DNA of 51,393 nt, filler included, from Streblomastix strix (taxonomy: Eukaryota), in assembly GCA_008636045.1 (NCBI GenBank). It is 3 parts of 3 records of this genome, joined end to end, with 100 filler letters (N's around TTAATTAATTAA, not from the genome) between each part and the next. Parts side by side here need not be neighbours in the genome. Positions count along the whole stretch, not along the records: positions 17,171 to 34,239 come from SNRW01000731.1; positions 34,340 to 51,393 come from SNRW01000732.1; 1 more part is not named here. The stretch is one strand, 5' to 3'. Both the position numbers and the translations under genes were made by a program. Under the pieces are notes generated by a model. That model saw nothing but the letters and a program-made list of their open reading frames with translations. It had not been told where the DNA came from and did not search any database. Below, piece by piece: positions 24,616-38,474 of the stretch. Position 1 is the first letter of the stretch. Each line of letters begins with the position of its first letter.

Positions 24616-26980
24616 ATGGAATCAGAAGACAAATAAGCACAAATTAGCCTATCATTAACAATTCAAGAACACATCTAAAATTTATATGTGAATATTTATG
24701 ATTATAATAAATTTCCAATCATTGGCAAGACAAGTAAATCATGTTCAGGTAGAGCAATCGATATATCAAAATGTTAAAATCTTACTGTTGTTGATATTGG
24801 TATAAATAAAAATTTAGATAAATTAATTTAAAATCAAATTTGATAATCTATCGTTGAAAAAATGCCTTAAAATGTGGGATTAATCAAAACAGTACATCGA
24901 GGGCTTCATATATATTATGATATCAATGGATTTGAATTATAGGGAACATCAAATATATAAGTTTATAAATGTGATAATTTTAATGTGGATATATTTGCAT
25001 GTGTCGATGATAAACAAAGATGGATTATGTAATGTGAGTCAAAAATATGCGATAGAGTTAAAGCAATAAAACTGATGGAACATTAGAACGAATAAATTGG
25101 AGAAATTAAAGTTGTATAATGATATGAAGCTATAAATGATTATATAAATAAAACAAATTTATATGATTTAAGACAAATTTTGAACATATTTGGAATAGAT
25201 TTAGATGTTAATTAATAAGTCATGCCAAACTAAAAGGAATAATATAATGAGTAAGAAAAACCACTAATACAACCAACTGGATTAATCGATATGAAAAAGG
25301 ATTTCGTGATTATGTTATGTAAAGGAATTAATGGTCTTGAAATACTTAACGACGCATAATGTCATAATTTAAATGATGAAATAACTTTACTTCCATTATT
25401 TGCTGCAATTAATAGTATAATTAATGTTGAAGGAATTGATAATTAATACATTTAAGATACATATGAAAAAATAAAAATTGATAATAATTAAACAGAGAGA
25501 GCAAAATAATTATTTGATACAGCTAAAAAAAGATATGAATAAAAAGAATCTCATCCATTTGTTTTACAAAAAATAATTAAAAAATATAATCCAAAATTTT
25601 ATTAAGAATATGTAATGCCTATGCTAGTGAATGAAAAAAGATGTAAAAATTAAATTGAAGTATAAAAAATTGATTTAAAAGATAGTTTCACACTATTCGA
25701 CATGTAAAAAAAAGTTATAAAATGGTATCTATAAATATAATGAATATGAACCAATAGCTTAAGACCTAACTAGAATATTACGATATGCTCCATGTGATGG
25801 AGGTTAAGTATTTATAGTTAAATAATACGATGCAGTAAATTAAAAGAATAAAATTTAACACATGAATAAAACAGCAGCTTATGATTAGTTATAAATGGTT
25901 AGATTATGGGAAGATGGATAAAAGAAAATAACATTAAAACATGTTCTAGAAAAATATAATCCTTTATTCGCATTGAGAGCAATAAAATTTATGAATCATG
26001 AATAAGACGTTTTCAGTATATTTTAAGATTATAAATATTAATAATTATCGTTAGTTAATGAAGACCTAATTAATGATTATTTAGAATTAATATTTGAAAC
26101 AATAGCAGCAGATGATGAAAATTTATTTAATTATATTCTAAATTGGATTGCATTTGTTATATAAAATGTTGGTGTAAAATCAGAGGTGGCTTTAATATTG
26201 TAAGGCAGTTAAGGAATATGCAAGATCAGATTTACAGTTGTTTTATGAGAATTATTTGCTGGCTATTCAATTAAAAATATTACTGATATAAGCGAATTTA
26301 CAGGCCAATTTAATTCTATCGTTGAAAATATAATGCTTGGAATAGCCAATGAACTTAAAAATTTTGGAGAAGCGAGATATTCGAACATGGACACGTTGAA
26401 ATCAATAATAACAGATAATCAAATAAGAATAAATAAAAAAAATTAGCTGCGTAGAACTTCGGAAAACGTAATGAATTTGATAATGGTAACCAATAACGAT
26501 TTCCCTATCAAGATTGAAGCAAACGATAGGCGTTATGTTGTGTGCAGATGTAAGGCAGTTCATAGAGACGAGGTCGAATATTTCACATCTCTATCTAACG
26601 GTTTCACAGCTGAATTTTACAATAATTTATTTACATATTTTATGACCAGAGACATAAGTAATTGGAACTAAAGAATCATTCCATTCACAGAAGCGAAAAA
26701 GGACATAATTAGAGCATCATGTTCATGACTTGATGATGTAATCTTATAAAATTATCAAACGTTTAAGGAAGACGCGCCTTGCACTTTAGCACTATAGTTT
26801 AAACCATTCGATGTTAAAGAAAAATCATTTTAATTATAGCACAAAAATAAATGTCAAAGAATTAGAAAATCAATTAATGAAAAACGAACATGGATATATA
26901 AATTGAATGAAGATTTAATAAAATTATATGATAGACTTAGAAAAGAAGACCAAGACATCAATAAAGACATTAACGCATGA
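24616..26980 (+). pseudogene. AEP primase-polymerase fused to D5/SF3 helicase, degraded
   Basis: LTVVDIGI and IKTVHRGLHIY (decayed DxD and TxxGGxH), LNWIAFVIQ, LQGSQGICK, IANELKN, VTNNDFPIKIEANDRRY. Several TGAs and a frameshift; ends in TGA at 26978-26980. Confidence 0.88.
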
Positions 26981-26997
26981 AATTATTATTATTTTTC

Positions 26998-27392
26998 ATT
27001 AATAAATTGGCCAGTTGTCCAGTTGGACACTGCTTTTTATAAAATTTTTTGACTCAATCCACCCAATCCACTCGGTCCAGTCAAAAGTAATTCATTATCC
27101 ACATCAATTATTCGTGCCAATTATAATAAATTATATGATGATATATGACTCAATCCACCCAATCCAATCAAACGTTCAAAATTCAGGTCCGTAATACCTC
27201 TGCTTGCGGCTAATGAAATCATTAATAAATTGGCCAGTTATCCAGTTGGCTATAGCTTTTTATAAAAGTTTTTGACTCGATCCACCCAATCCACACGGTC
27301 CAGTCAAAAGTCATTCATAACCTATTCCATTTCCCGTGCAAATTTCATAAAATTCATTAATGTATTATGACTCAATCCACCTGATCCAATCC
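26998..27392. repeat. Two tandem ~222-bp units, with four GACTCAATCCACCCAATCCA-like motifs in total
   Basis: The motif occurs at ~27051, ~27148, ~27274 and ~27369. Confidence 0.85.
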
Positions 27393-27552
27393 ATTAATTA
27401 TCAAACAAATATATATATTATGTTCAATTTTATAATGATTTCACTAATGAATTCACCAATAATTTTAGGTTTCCATTAATAAAATTCATAAACCAATTCC
27501 ATTAACCAAATTCAAATGTAATTTCTTTCAACCAACTCAATCAATCTCATCA

Positions 27553-27793
27553 AGTAGTTATGAGAATATGGAGAGTACTATACGTTCAAAAATCAACATC
27601 ATTAATCAATTCATTAATCTATTTCAATATCATATATTCATTAATCTTATTCAAGTGTTTATTTTTCTGTTACAATATTTATTTTCATTATTAATCATTA
27701 TTATTTATTATTATTATTTATATTCATTATTTATTTAATATTATTTTATTTTATTTTTCTATGTGAGGCACTCTCCATATTCTCATAACTACT
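27553..27793. mobile_element. 241-bp cassette bounded by perfect 24-bp inverted repeat AGTAGT...ACTACT
   Basis: AGTAGTTATGAGAATATGGAGAGT (27553-27576) and ACTCTCCATATTCTCATAACTACT (27770-27793). Confidence 0.85.
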
Positions 27794-27799
27794 ATTGAA

Positions 27800-28210
27800 G
27801 GATAAATCAAACAGAGTGAAGAGTTGAAATAAACAGCCGATGAACTGATAAATATAGCAATGACGTAAATAATTGTACAATCAATTCTTAGATTGGCCGA
27901 AATATAAAGAGCTTCGCAAAACGTATCTAAAAGAAGAATCTAATAAACACGAATGAATGGATTATAGCGTAATGACACATAGGAGACGAGCTGTTTTTCA
28001 AATAAATATAGTCAATGTGTGAAAACAGTGACGGAAGAAGTCGGAATAGATAATAAACATAAAATTATATAAATTTGAAAAATTGCTATATCTGTTATGA
28101 ATAATTAAGGAAAAATAAAATAGAGATAGACAGTTAGAATAGACACAACAAATCCTCAGATACTGTAAAAGAAAACCAAGATGTAAATAAAAATGATAGT
28201 AAATGAATGG
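27800..28210 (+). pseudogene. Possible tyrosine recombinase relic (DIRS-type)
   Basis: AMTQIIVQSILRLAEIQRA (box I R-x-x-E like), TEEVGIDNKHKIIQI*KIAIS, then RHNKSSDTV in another frame. Internally deleted. Confidence 0.4.
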
Positions 28211-28924
28211 TTTTATCTGAATGTGTTATTAACCCATAAGAAAGAATAGAGTTAGTAGCATAAAAATGAACTTGCTATATATATTAGTTTATATTTAATA
28301 ATTAATTAATGAATATGTGATAATTAATTAATAAATATAGGATGAATTACGAATGAATGAACACATTAAATAATATTAATTTTAAATATAGATATAAATA
28401 AATAATAAAATAAACATAATAAATAAAATTAAAATTGAAAATTTAGTACAATAAAGCAATTTTAATCTTTATAAAACTAATGAGAAACATTATCATCCGG
28501 TATTCACAATTCAAAAGAGGGGTTTTAATGAGGCCAGAAGCTTACCCATATCAAGCGAGAAATAAAAAAATACACTTATAACTACGAAATTTACATTAAT
28601 TAATATATTAACATTAAAGACTGCTCTCTTCAAATACTATCCATGTGCAATAAAGAGGTCAGTTCGCCTTTCTACTGGTAATATATCATGACTAGAAAAA
28701 AGAAATATTGTTAATGAATTTTTGTTTTTATCACAATCGATCCAAGCTTAATTAATATATAGTACTATGGCTTTCAATTCACAAATTATCAATAAAAACA
28801 ATGAAAATATAAAATAAACAATTGAATGTAAGTGCAGATCTTTTAATAATAGATAAAGAAATCTATCTTAATATAATACTGTTTAGCGAATTATAAAAAA
28901 TATTTTTTATTTTACAAATCATTT

Positions 28925-31873
28925 TCAATCAGCGACAATAGTCTTCAAATCTCCAGAGTTTACAAATCTTCTAAGAATTTGATCGGGTTCAGAATATCGG
29001 TTCCAACTAGTGAAGAGAAAAATTAATAATTTTTGAATATTAATAAAGAATATTAAATGCTGGAATAATACCAAGGTAGACCGCTTATTCTGTGCGACTA
29101 TCCCTCGATCGCTCTTCAACAGCTCTCAACTCAGCATCAGTGACACCCCCAAGTATTAGAATGATAAGTGGCATCGTCGATGACCTCGCAGTTCCAGATC
29201 TAATAATAATAAAATTAAAAATAATTTAATAATAATGCGGATTATATATAAAAAAGTTATCATCACTTAGAAATCCTGCCACCTTCAACAAGCGGGTAAT
29301 CTGTTGTATTTAACTTGTTTGCGAAATAGTCCTGATCATTAAATAAGAATTTATACAGTCATTATATATCAAATAATAAATAAAAATGAGTTATCAATTT
29401 AGTATACTTTGATAGTACTGTATATAAGAGGTTTGTATGTGTTGCCAATATAAGTTGTATCCTCTTCACGACCACTCTTCTATTTTGCCAGAGCAGTTTT
29501 TTGATCATCAAGCATCGGCTATCGCAATCGAACAGCATTTTCATTTATTTTTCGTACATTCCAACTTTTGCTCCGAGAATCCTTAAAAAACAAAATTGAT
29601 TATTTATGAAAAATAACTCTTATATAAAAGTATAAAACATTCTTTCTTGATAACAAACCCCAAATGTTAGCCCTGTTAATCGTACTAGCGATGTGAGTGC
29701 ATTTGTAATTCCTTGCATAGAAACGTTAAGTTTACCCCTACTTTATCCACTTGAAGCAATTGCTCTAATATAATCATTTAGAGAATCTTAATTAATTCCT
29801 CCTTCTAAACATATATTACTTGCTAATAAGAGGCGGAATTTATCTTATTGACTTTAAAAAATAAAGGTGTGCAAAATTATCTAATAAAAAATTATATATT
29901 TTGTCTCACCTTACATTTTCACTTGTTAAGATGTTTAAAACTTTGCCGTCTGTACCTTTAGGCAAGTTCTTGTTGAAAATAGATAAAGCTATATTCTATA
30001 AATAAATAATGAATGAAACAAAATTAAGGTGTAAAATAATCAAGAAAAATAAATAATTAAAGAAAATAAAATATAATAAAACATGCTTCTTCAATCTCCA
30101 GAATATCACCAAGTTTTTCAATATCAATTAAATCATTTAGTTTTTATAATATCTTGTTGTGCAGTGCAAACTTGAATAAAAGAAAAAAATAATAGATTAT
30201 ATGATAAGAATTCATATGTAAATTGTTGTTTGTAAACATAAATCTATAAATAATTAATTAATTTCACACTTTCTATTTGCCTATTGTGAATTCTTATATC
30301 TGATGAACACTCAATGCTGATGTAAAAGCCTCACCAGTTTCACTTGATGAACTGTTGGTGAAATCACCACGGTCAGACAATTAGTTTTCTTTCTTTAATA
30401 ATTCTTTGAATTTATCTTAACCTTTCCAAAGTTTCAATTATTTTTCTGCTTCACTATTTGGTGCATATTGATTATGAGATAATAGTAATTAATAAATATA
30501 TTAATAACATTAAATTCATACTTCAAAATGTATGGAAAGAACATATATCTATAACGAGTCCAAATAGGATCTGTTTCACTCAATCTCACCTCTTTTTCAT
30601 TGTCTTTGCTTCTTATTCTTGATTATGATGAGTTAAAATCAATCCTGAAATATATAAGCATAAAAAAATAAAATAATAATTTAAATAAAATGATTATAAT
30701 TATTTCATAATGAATATTGAAATTAAAAATAATCAAACTTAACAGTTTTTCTTTTCACTTCAGGAAAATGATCGCGAATAAGAGCATTATAAGAAAATTC
30801 ATGAATGAGAGCAGGAAGAATATCGCTTCCTCTGTCAAGCACAATCACAGTACATTTCTTTTTCTTCTAAGTTCCATGTCCATGTTTCTAACCTTAAGAC
30901 AATGCTTCTTCTTGGATCTTCTCAACATCAGCAAGTTGAACCAATAAATTTGCACATCTTTCTGCTCTTCTTGAAGATTCGTTATCTGGATTGAGACTAA
31001 ATGAGGATTTAACATATCTCACTTATCCAACTTCAAGACCAACTGTATCAACTACTGTTAATAACTAATTAATATATGAAAATAAAATAATGGTAATAAT
31101 TTATAATATATATAAATATTACCCTTTTTGATATTTATTAAAAAGCAGCATCTACTGTGACTCCTTTTGTGTTCTTCAATACTTCACTAATATACTATGG
31201 ATATGACAAATCACACACATAGGGAGATTCAACTATAAGATAAGAAAAAAGAAAATAAATATTTATTTCTTAAAGTAGAATAAAATGTTTAAACTTATGA
31301 ATTCTAGCTAGAGTGATGCCAGAGTAAGGCAATATCTCTTAAATTCTTTGTTACTAAGAATATCATCTGCAATTTCGTCTGTCAATCCACCAGAGAAAAA
31401 TACCAATGCATGTCCAAATTTACGGAATTTGGAATCTGGCATGTAATCCATTAAAAGTCGTTTGTATGATTCAATTCCAATGAAATATATAGCATCTATT
31501 GAACTATCAGATGGAATGTCATGCGATATATTTTCAATCACTAAATAAAAACCTCCATTATATTATTGAAATAAAATATGAAGAAGCAAACAAGAAATTC
31601 CATTCTCAATTATAGTCTAGGAATCAAGAATATCTGCCATTATACGAACAGTAAACTCATCAAGTAAAAGAATCTTAGTAGCAGTACTTTTCTTCCTAAC
31701 ACGTTCAAATATCTCGCAAAATATTTCTATTAAATATATAATATTCTAAAAAAATATAAAATATTCATACTTTCTCGTGCTTTGTAAAGTACTGTATCTT
31801 CAGGCAATTTATCAAGTGATGTTTCTAGTTCTTTAAACGATAAAGGAATCGTAGAATTGGAAAATTTATCCAT
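28925..31873 (-). CDS. Host Sec1/Munc18 (SM) family protein, multi-exon
   Basis: TKILLLDEFTVRIM, DAIYFI, IVLDRGSDILPALIHEFSYNALIRD, DPIWTRYRY, DKFRLLL and ILILGGVTDAELRA are Sec1-family motifs. Many short AT-rich GT-AG introns (first at 31727-31770, 44 bp). TGA at 28925-28927. Confidence 0.9.
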
Positions 31874-32535
31874 TATAAACTAAAAAAATTTGTGATAAAA
31901 AGAATGAGAAATTAATAAATTAATAAATATATACGTCTGGATTGATATGAAAGAGTGATGTTTGAAGAGTGATAATATGATATTGAAATGTTGAATATTT
32001 AATAATTTAAAAAAAGAAATAAATGAGGATGGTGTTAACAGATTTAAGAATGTGTTTTATTAAAATTTGGGTTTCAAAATGCACGAGTTTTTAATTATAA
32101 ATATTTGGTTATAAATTCTTGGGTTATTGGGGTTGATTTGATATAATATAAAATATTTTTATAATTTAAAGTACGAGTAAAATACATATGATGATGTATT
32201 AAAGATTATACTTTTAGATTTCAGGTTTGACGGCTCGAAAACGCTTGTTTTTCGTATTTGCAGCTTGTGGTGAGTTAAATGAATAAAATAATAAATAGAA
32301 AATATTAGATGAAACAAATAGATAACAGAATTATAAAATACACATTAATATATAACACGAACAATTTCTTGCTGGTCAATCATTGGGAAGTGCTCTTAAC
32401 GTGTAGACCGTTTTCTAAGTTGTTATTATAAGAATAATAATTAACAAAATAATGATTTTCAGTTCATGTGATTTAATAAATAAAATAAACAGTTTTTGTA
32501 TTTTATAAATTTTTATAAAAATTGGGATGAATTAT

Positions 32536-34239
32536 TCATTAAACAAGTCGAAGAGAGTCAGTAATATCCCAAGAATTTATTTCTCCGGTAACAAGTCCAG
32601 TGACCATAACTGGAACAGGTCGAAAGAAAGGCTTAGTTTCATGATAGGTACGGATCTTTCGCATAAGAAATGAGATACTGACAGGAGATGATCCATGTGT
32701 AATATTCTGAAGTGCATTAAGTTTAAGTATAGGTTAAGGAATTGAAGAAGAATATGTAGATAATTGTTATGTAGTTGATTATGAAACTGGATTAGTTTAG
32801 TTATTAGGACTCCATAATCGCACTGTTCCCTCTCGAGATGCTGTTGATATAATTCGATCTCCTAGAAATCTCACTTATGTGGCTTCTTCACGATGTATTA
32901 TAGTTGTGAGTACTGGATTTGGATATCCAGCTGTCCAATCCCACAGTTTGACTGTTTTATCACGACTTGACGTAGCCAGAAGATGAAGTTAGTTACGTTG
33001 ATTTGGAGCAATAGGTGTTGGAATAGATGTTCCAGAAGCAGATGAAAGAGGAGATGAATAAAGAGATGAAACTGTACTATCTTTGTAAATGACTTTATTA
33101 TTGGATGTAAGACGAAGTGTTCCAAATTCACAGCATAAAATAGAATCTTTATGTCCAATGAACTTCTTTATTGGTCCACCACCGCCAACACAGTTTATTC
33201 TCAGATCCCACAACAATACTGTCCCATCATCACCACCACAAGAAATTAGATAGGGTTCAGCAGGATGACATGCACATGCACGAATAGAATGATTTGGCTT
33301 GTAAGAGATTGTGTCCAAAATTCTTCCTATGTTAATATCCCAAACTAATAACCGTTCAAATCCTCCTGTTAACAAAGCACTGCTTGATATCCAAGCTGCA
33401 CAATATAAAGAATGAGAACTACTATAGTTGTGAGTTGTATTTTATGTTGATGATGCATTCGGGTATGATGAATTTCGTGAAGATGATCCTGATTCTTGAT
33501 TTATTGTTTAATTTCTATAATCTGTTGGATTTGGTGATTCCCAGCATAATCTCATATCATTTTAAAAATCCCATAATTTGATTTGACCATTTGCTCCACA
33601 TGTGCAAAGTATTCTGTTTCCATTTGATCCATTAGGAGGAGAAACGCATAAAGCATTAATAGCACAATCAAATGCTTTAACAGAATGAACAACCCAACAT
33701 GGCCAACGTTCAGTGCTCTCTTCACCAGCTCTTAGACCAATTAGTTGATTTGAATGAGAAGGGGTTTATATTGGTTATGCATATGTTGATTATAAGGATT
33801 ATGATTATGAAGATTGATTTGATTGAGGAGAATTTGAGTTGCTTGCTGAAGCTTATTATGAAGCTTTTAGTGCATTTGTTTATGTAATCGCAATATTAAG
33901 AGCTGCTTCATATTCGGGTACGGCACTTGATGATATTTCATTGTCATCATTAAAATTCTATTACTTTTTATTTTGTTTTTTCATAATTTATATCATTGTT
34001 TCTGAAAGTCCTTATATATCTTAGTCTTATATATTTTTTGTTTATTTAGTGTCTTAATCATCCTCAATTGGAATTAAAAAGTCGTCTGAATCATTTTAAT
34101 GTTGTTGATTATTACGGAATTTCTGAGTATTTGTTAAGTTCTTCTTTGGAGATGTTGGTCTTTCATCTTTCTCTTTCTCTTATTTTACTGAATTTGCTCC
34201 AATAATGACATTTGGAGAACTTGTATTTGTAGCTCCTTA
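32536..34239 (-). CDS. Host WD40-repeat protein, 5'-truncated by gap
   Basis: LTGGFERLLVWDI, SCGGDDGTVLLWDLR, FIGHKDSILCCEF, DKTVKLWDW, TASREGTVRLWS. Gln-rich N-terminal part uses TAR codons. TGA at 32536-32538. Confidence 0.88.
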
Positions 34240-34339
34240 NNNNNNNNNNNNNNNNNNNNNNNNNNNNNNNNNNNNNNNNNNNNTTAATTAATTAANNNNN
34301 NNNNNNNNNNNNNNNNNNNNNNNNNNNNNNNNNNNNNNN
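34240..34339. other. Artificial contig linker
   Basis: N44-TTAATTAATTAA-N44. Confidence 0.97.
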
Positions 34340-34480
34340 CGTATAATTCTCTTGTTGCCTCCGAGTAGTCACGTTTGTCCAAAATTAAATAAAGTCCGTA
34401 ATCTACACCGAAAAGCGTACTCTATTAATTTAACTTTATCTTATCCAGATAAAATGAAAATTATTTTTATATTACTATAA

Positions 34481-37400
34481 ATGGTATTATCAAAAGGTTA
34501 ATTATTAAATTTACTCCATATCATATCCCCGCAATTGAAGAGTAGTAGAACGTATTAATAATTGAAGTAATAATTAAAGAAGGTACTTTATAAAAATAAT
34601 TTTCCACGTAAAGGATCGAGAAACAATTATAATGTACTCAATTAATTTATGATTGATCTTGAAGCTAGATTAGATAACTAATTTTATTAACGTTAACCAA
34701 TATAAACTAAAATTGATTTTAACTATATAAAATAATAATTAGAACCAAAATTATAGTATATATTCTAACCTCAATTATAGGAAATCAATTAGTAAATTGA
34801 ATCAACACGTTAAAGGAAGTTATTAAAGTTAGCCGATGATGGTGTACTACTATTAGCTAATCCTGCAGATCTAGATGTATTTACTAAAATACTACTAGAC
34901 GCAAAATCCAATTTCTCAGATTAGAATCATGTTGAACGAAACCCAATAACTATTGCTCATTATAATAATCAAATAACTAGTTTATCACACATATGATTTC
35001 ATAGATTAAATTCACTTAACAATGAAAAATAAAATAATTAAATTAGCATTTGATTTTGGGTTATTATACGAGAGGATAGATAGAGATAAAAATAATGATG
35101 AACGAATTACTTATGGCTATATTATCCCTAGAGAATCAATGACCGAAAAAAGAGCACCATTATTAATACGTACTTAATAAGATATTCAATTATATAAGAA
35201 TTATATTGAATCACAATTTATTTCTATCTAAGAACGTACATTAACTGATATGAAAGAAAAATATATTGCAATATACTCAATGTGCGCAATAACTTATCTA
35301 CTTCCAATCAGTGGTAAAACTATTCCGAGTATCAAGTTATATTTATCCAAAAAGCGTTAATGCTTCAGATATGTAAATTCACCTTATCCCAATATCTGCG
35401 TGTTGGAGGCAATCGTCAGATATTAACTGAAAGATTGTAAAGAGAAAAGATACAGTGATAAATATGTACTTACAAAGATGAAAGAAATTGGTACTTTATT
35501 TTATGAGGATTTTAATCCTAAAACATTTGAGGGATTTAAATATGCTACAGATATATAATTAATCCATTAACGCTTCAATTTATCAGTTAACTTATTTTCA
35601 TTCGAATAGGATGATAGTTCTTTTCGCTATTAATTGTCCTAATCTTTCCCAATTGACTCAGAATAAAAAATTAATTTATTACATATCTAATCTGAAGAAT
35701 TAAACGGTATAAATATATACACATATTTAATAACAGATAAATAGAGGTTAACAGGACTATTAATTTGCTAAAAACATTGTTTAAAATTAAATTAGTACAA
35801 TAATGAAAATATGGCGAAACATATAGATAAATGCCTGTTAAACAAAGGTCAAATTAAGATACAAGTTATGTTGGATAACATTCAACGACCTTTTGTGCCA
35901 CATATTGTATAAAATAAAACTTACCTTTATTTACTCTTACATAATATAACTAATGAATTTAAGCCAAAACATTATTTTGTTACTTATGATTTTGAAACTT
36001 TCGAATAAAAAATTAATATTAATATCGGTAAAGATAGTAATTTTATATTTAAATTAATACCACTATCAGTAGTGAGCACTATTTATTCATTTATAGGTAT
36101 TAAATCAATTTATTTAGATATTAGAACACCTAATTTCGTTAATTTATGGTTGGATAAGATATTCAATGATACAATATTAATAAAACACGATAACAATTAT
36201 GAAGATTAAAATATAACAAATTCAATCGAAGTTCCAATCCTTTGATATAATTCAGCTAAGTTTGACATGTCCCTATTATTTTCATATCTATCTTCAAGCT
36301 AATAGAAAATAACTAGCTATTTAAGTACTTATTAATTCTGTAAATAGTTAATTATATCCCAGAATAATTTATCAATGAAGCTTAAATTTTTTGATACATT
36401 CTTATATGTAGCTCCATCAATGACCCACAATTAATTTATACTCAATTTCTCAAATTAATAGTAAAGTAATAGCTTAATTCCATACTATCTAATGGCAGAT
36501 GATTATGAAAAATAATTTTCTTAATCTACTCCCTTTAATTAATGTGATTACAATATCACATTGAAAAATAACTCAATAACTGAAGAAGAGTATTAATTAT
36601 ACCTATAAAATTATAAATAATTTAACAATCGTTGGGATTATTTAAAACATTATTATAAACTAGATAATTCATTAATGATTGAATCAATAAAGAGTTTAAT
36701 TAATCTCTTCATTGAATATAAGGTTGATATGTTTTAATTTATCTCGATGACCAATTGCGCTAACGCAATTAAATATTCAATGGCCTATAATGATTTCAAA
36801 TTAGATGGAGATTAAAGTATAGTAACTTATATTGTAACTTGTTCAAAAATAACCGAGATAAATTAGAAATGAAATTATTGATATTATTAAAAATATATTT
36901 TTTAAAACATATTTTACCTACAACAATTAATAACTAATAAGTGTATCAAACCTTAAGAGATGGAATAACAGGTGGACTTTCAAATGTAATGAACCGAATT
37001 AACATTGCTAAAGAAATGAGAATAAAGAAATTAATATATGAAGAAAATAAAGTGAAAGTTATTGAAACAGATAATACGATCACTAATAATATAGGGCTAA
37101 ATTTTAATTCAATATATCCAAAAGTAATGAGCAGTTAATATCATCCTTTATTGCCATATACTAATCATAAAATGTTCATGGCAGGAACAGATAAAGAAGT
37201 AATTTATGTTAATTCATAAAATATACAGAGATGTTTAAATATTATTAATTCACCAACTAGATTTATACTGGCTGGTTAATTATTTATCGCAACAATTATA
37301 GATCATATAACAGATATTAATAGTTTCATTAACTTTCCACCAATATTAAGAAATTTAACATACCAAGCTAATGATCAAACAATTGGAACTTATACGCATA

Positions 37401-38474
37401 GTTTTATGAAAAATAATAATATAAAAGTAGATAAAGAAGAAATAAAATTAACTTAATTATAATCCACTCACAATTAATTTAAGCTTTTTAGTTCATGTTT
37501 TCTATGGTTCTTAATTTATACTTGTAATTTTATCATTGATGTCATTTGCTAATTAAATTCTATTTACGAAAGACGAAAAATTTAATCCTTTTATTAACTC
37601 ATTTATGTGTAGGCTAATAAAAGTTATTTTAACAAATAATTAGGGTTTAGCTCAATTCTGTAAGATAGCGATGAACGCTAGTTACGGGTCAGATGGAATG
37701 AACTCAGAGAGAAATTTAGTAATGTAAAATTAAAATCTAAAGCTGATATATTTATTACGCATTTGACCGGGAATTTTATGAAAAAAACGATAATTAAGTG
37801 ATAATTTATTCGCTGTATAACTAAATACAGATAAATGTAAGTGCATTAATCAAATATAAGAAGCATATTTTATATTAGACTACTTAAAGTATTTGTATGT
37901 CAATTTTATTTATAATTTCATGTATAAATTTCTTGTTAAAAATAGGAGTCATTTCATTGAAGGTGATACAAATTCAATGTACTTTGCGGTTGCAGGAGAT
38001 ATTAATTAACCAATTAATCAAGGATTTAAATACATAATAACTGACCAATAATTTTATGAAAGTAACGCTAAATATTTCATTCTAATAACTAATGATCTAA
38101 ATAAGTGAAAGAAATTTTTAGGGCTAGCTATTGAGAAAGAAGGTTATATAATAATAGCACTATCCCCAAAATAATTATTACATCAACGCTAAGAAAGAAA
38201 TTATTATATTAAAAAGTATTAATTTATCAAAAAATGTAATAATTAAATAAAAAATATTAGAGATAATTGATGGAAAAAAATGAAGTGTACAAATATTCAT
38301 CTAGGTTAGAAAGAAGGAATAATGTCCAAATTATCTCTAAATAAAAATGGCCTTACAGGCATTAGCACTAAAATGATATTATTACCAAATAGTTAAATAT
38401 CGGCATCATTCATTTACCAACTATTTGCAACAGATTATAAAGATCTTTAACCTATAATAAATGTCGATGAATGA
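34481..38474 (+). pseudogene. Protein-primed family B DNA polymerase (pPolB) #2
   Basis: ExoI VTYDFETFE, ExoII YNSAKFD, ExoIII WDYLKHYYKLD, LRDGITGGLSNV, motif A LNFNSIYP, motif B KIAMNASYGSDGMN, motif C EGDTNSMYFA, and KKFLGLAIEKEG. Frameshifts and TGAs present. Confidence 0.92.

Noticed and set aside
32190..32420. GC-richer patches between Sec1 and WD40 genes (possible snoRNA or small exons)
   Set aside because: No convincing paired boxes, structure or reading frame could be established by eye.
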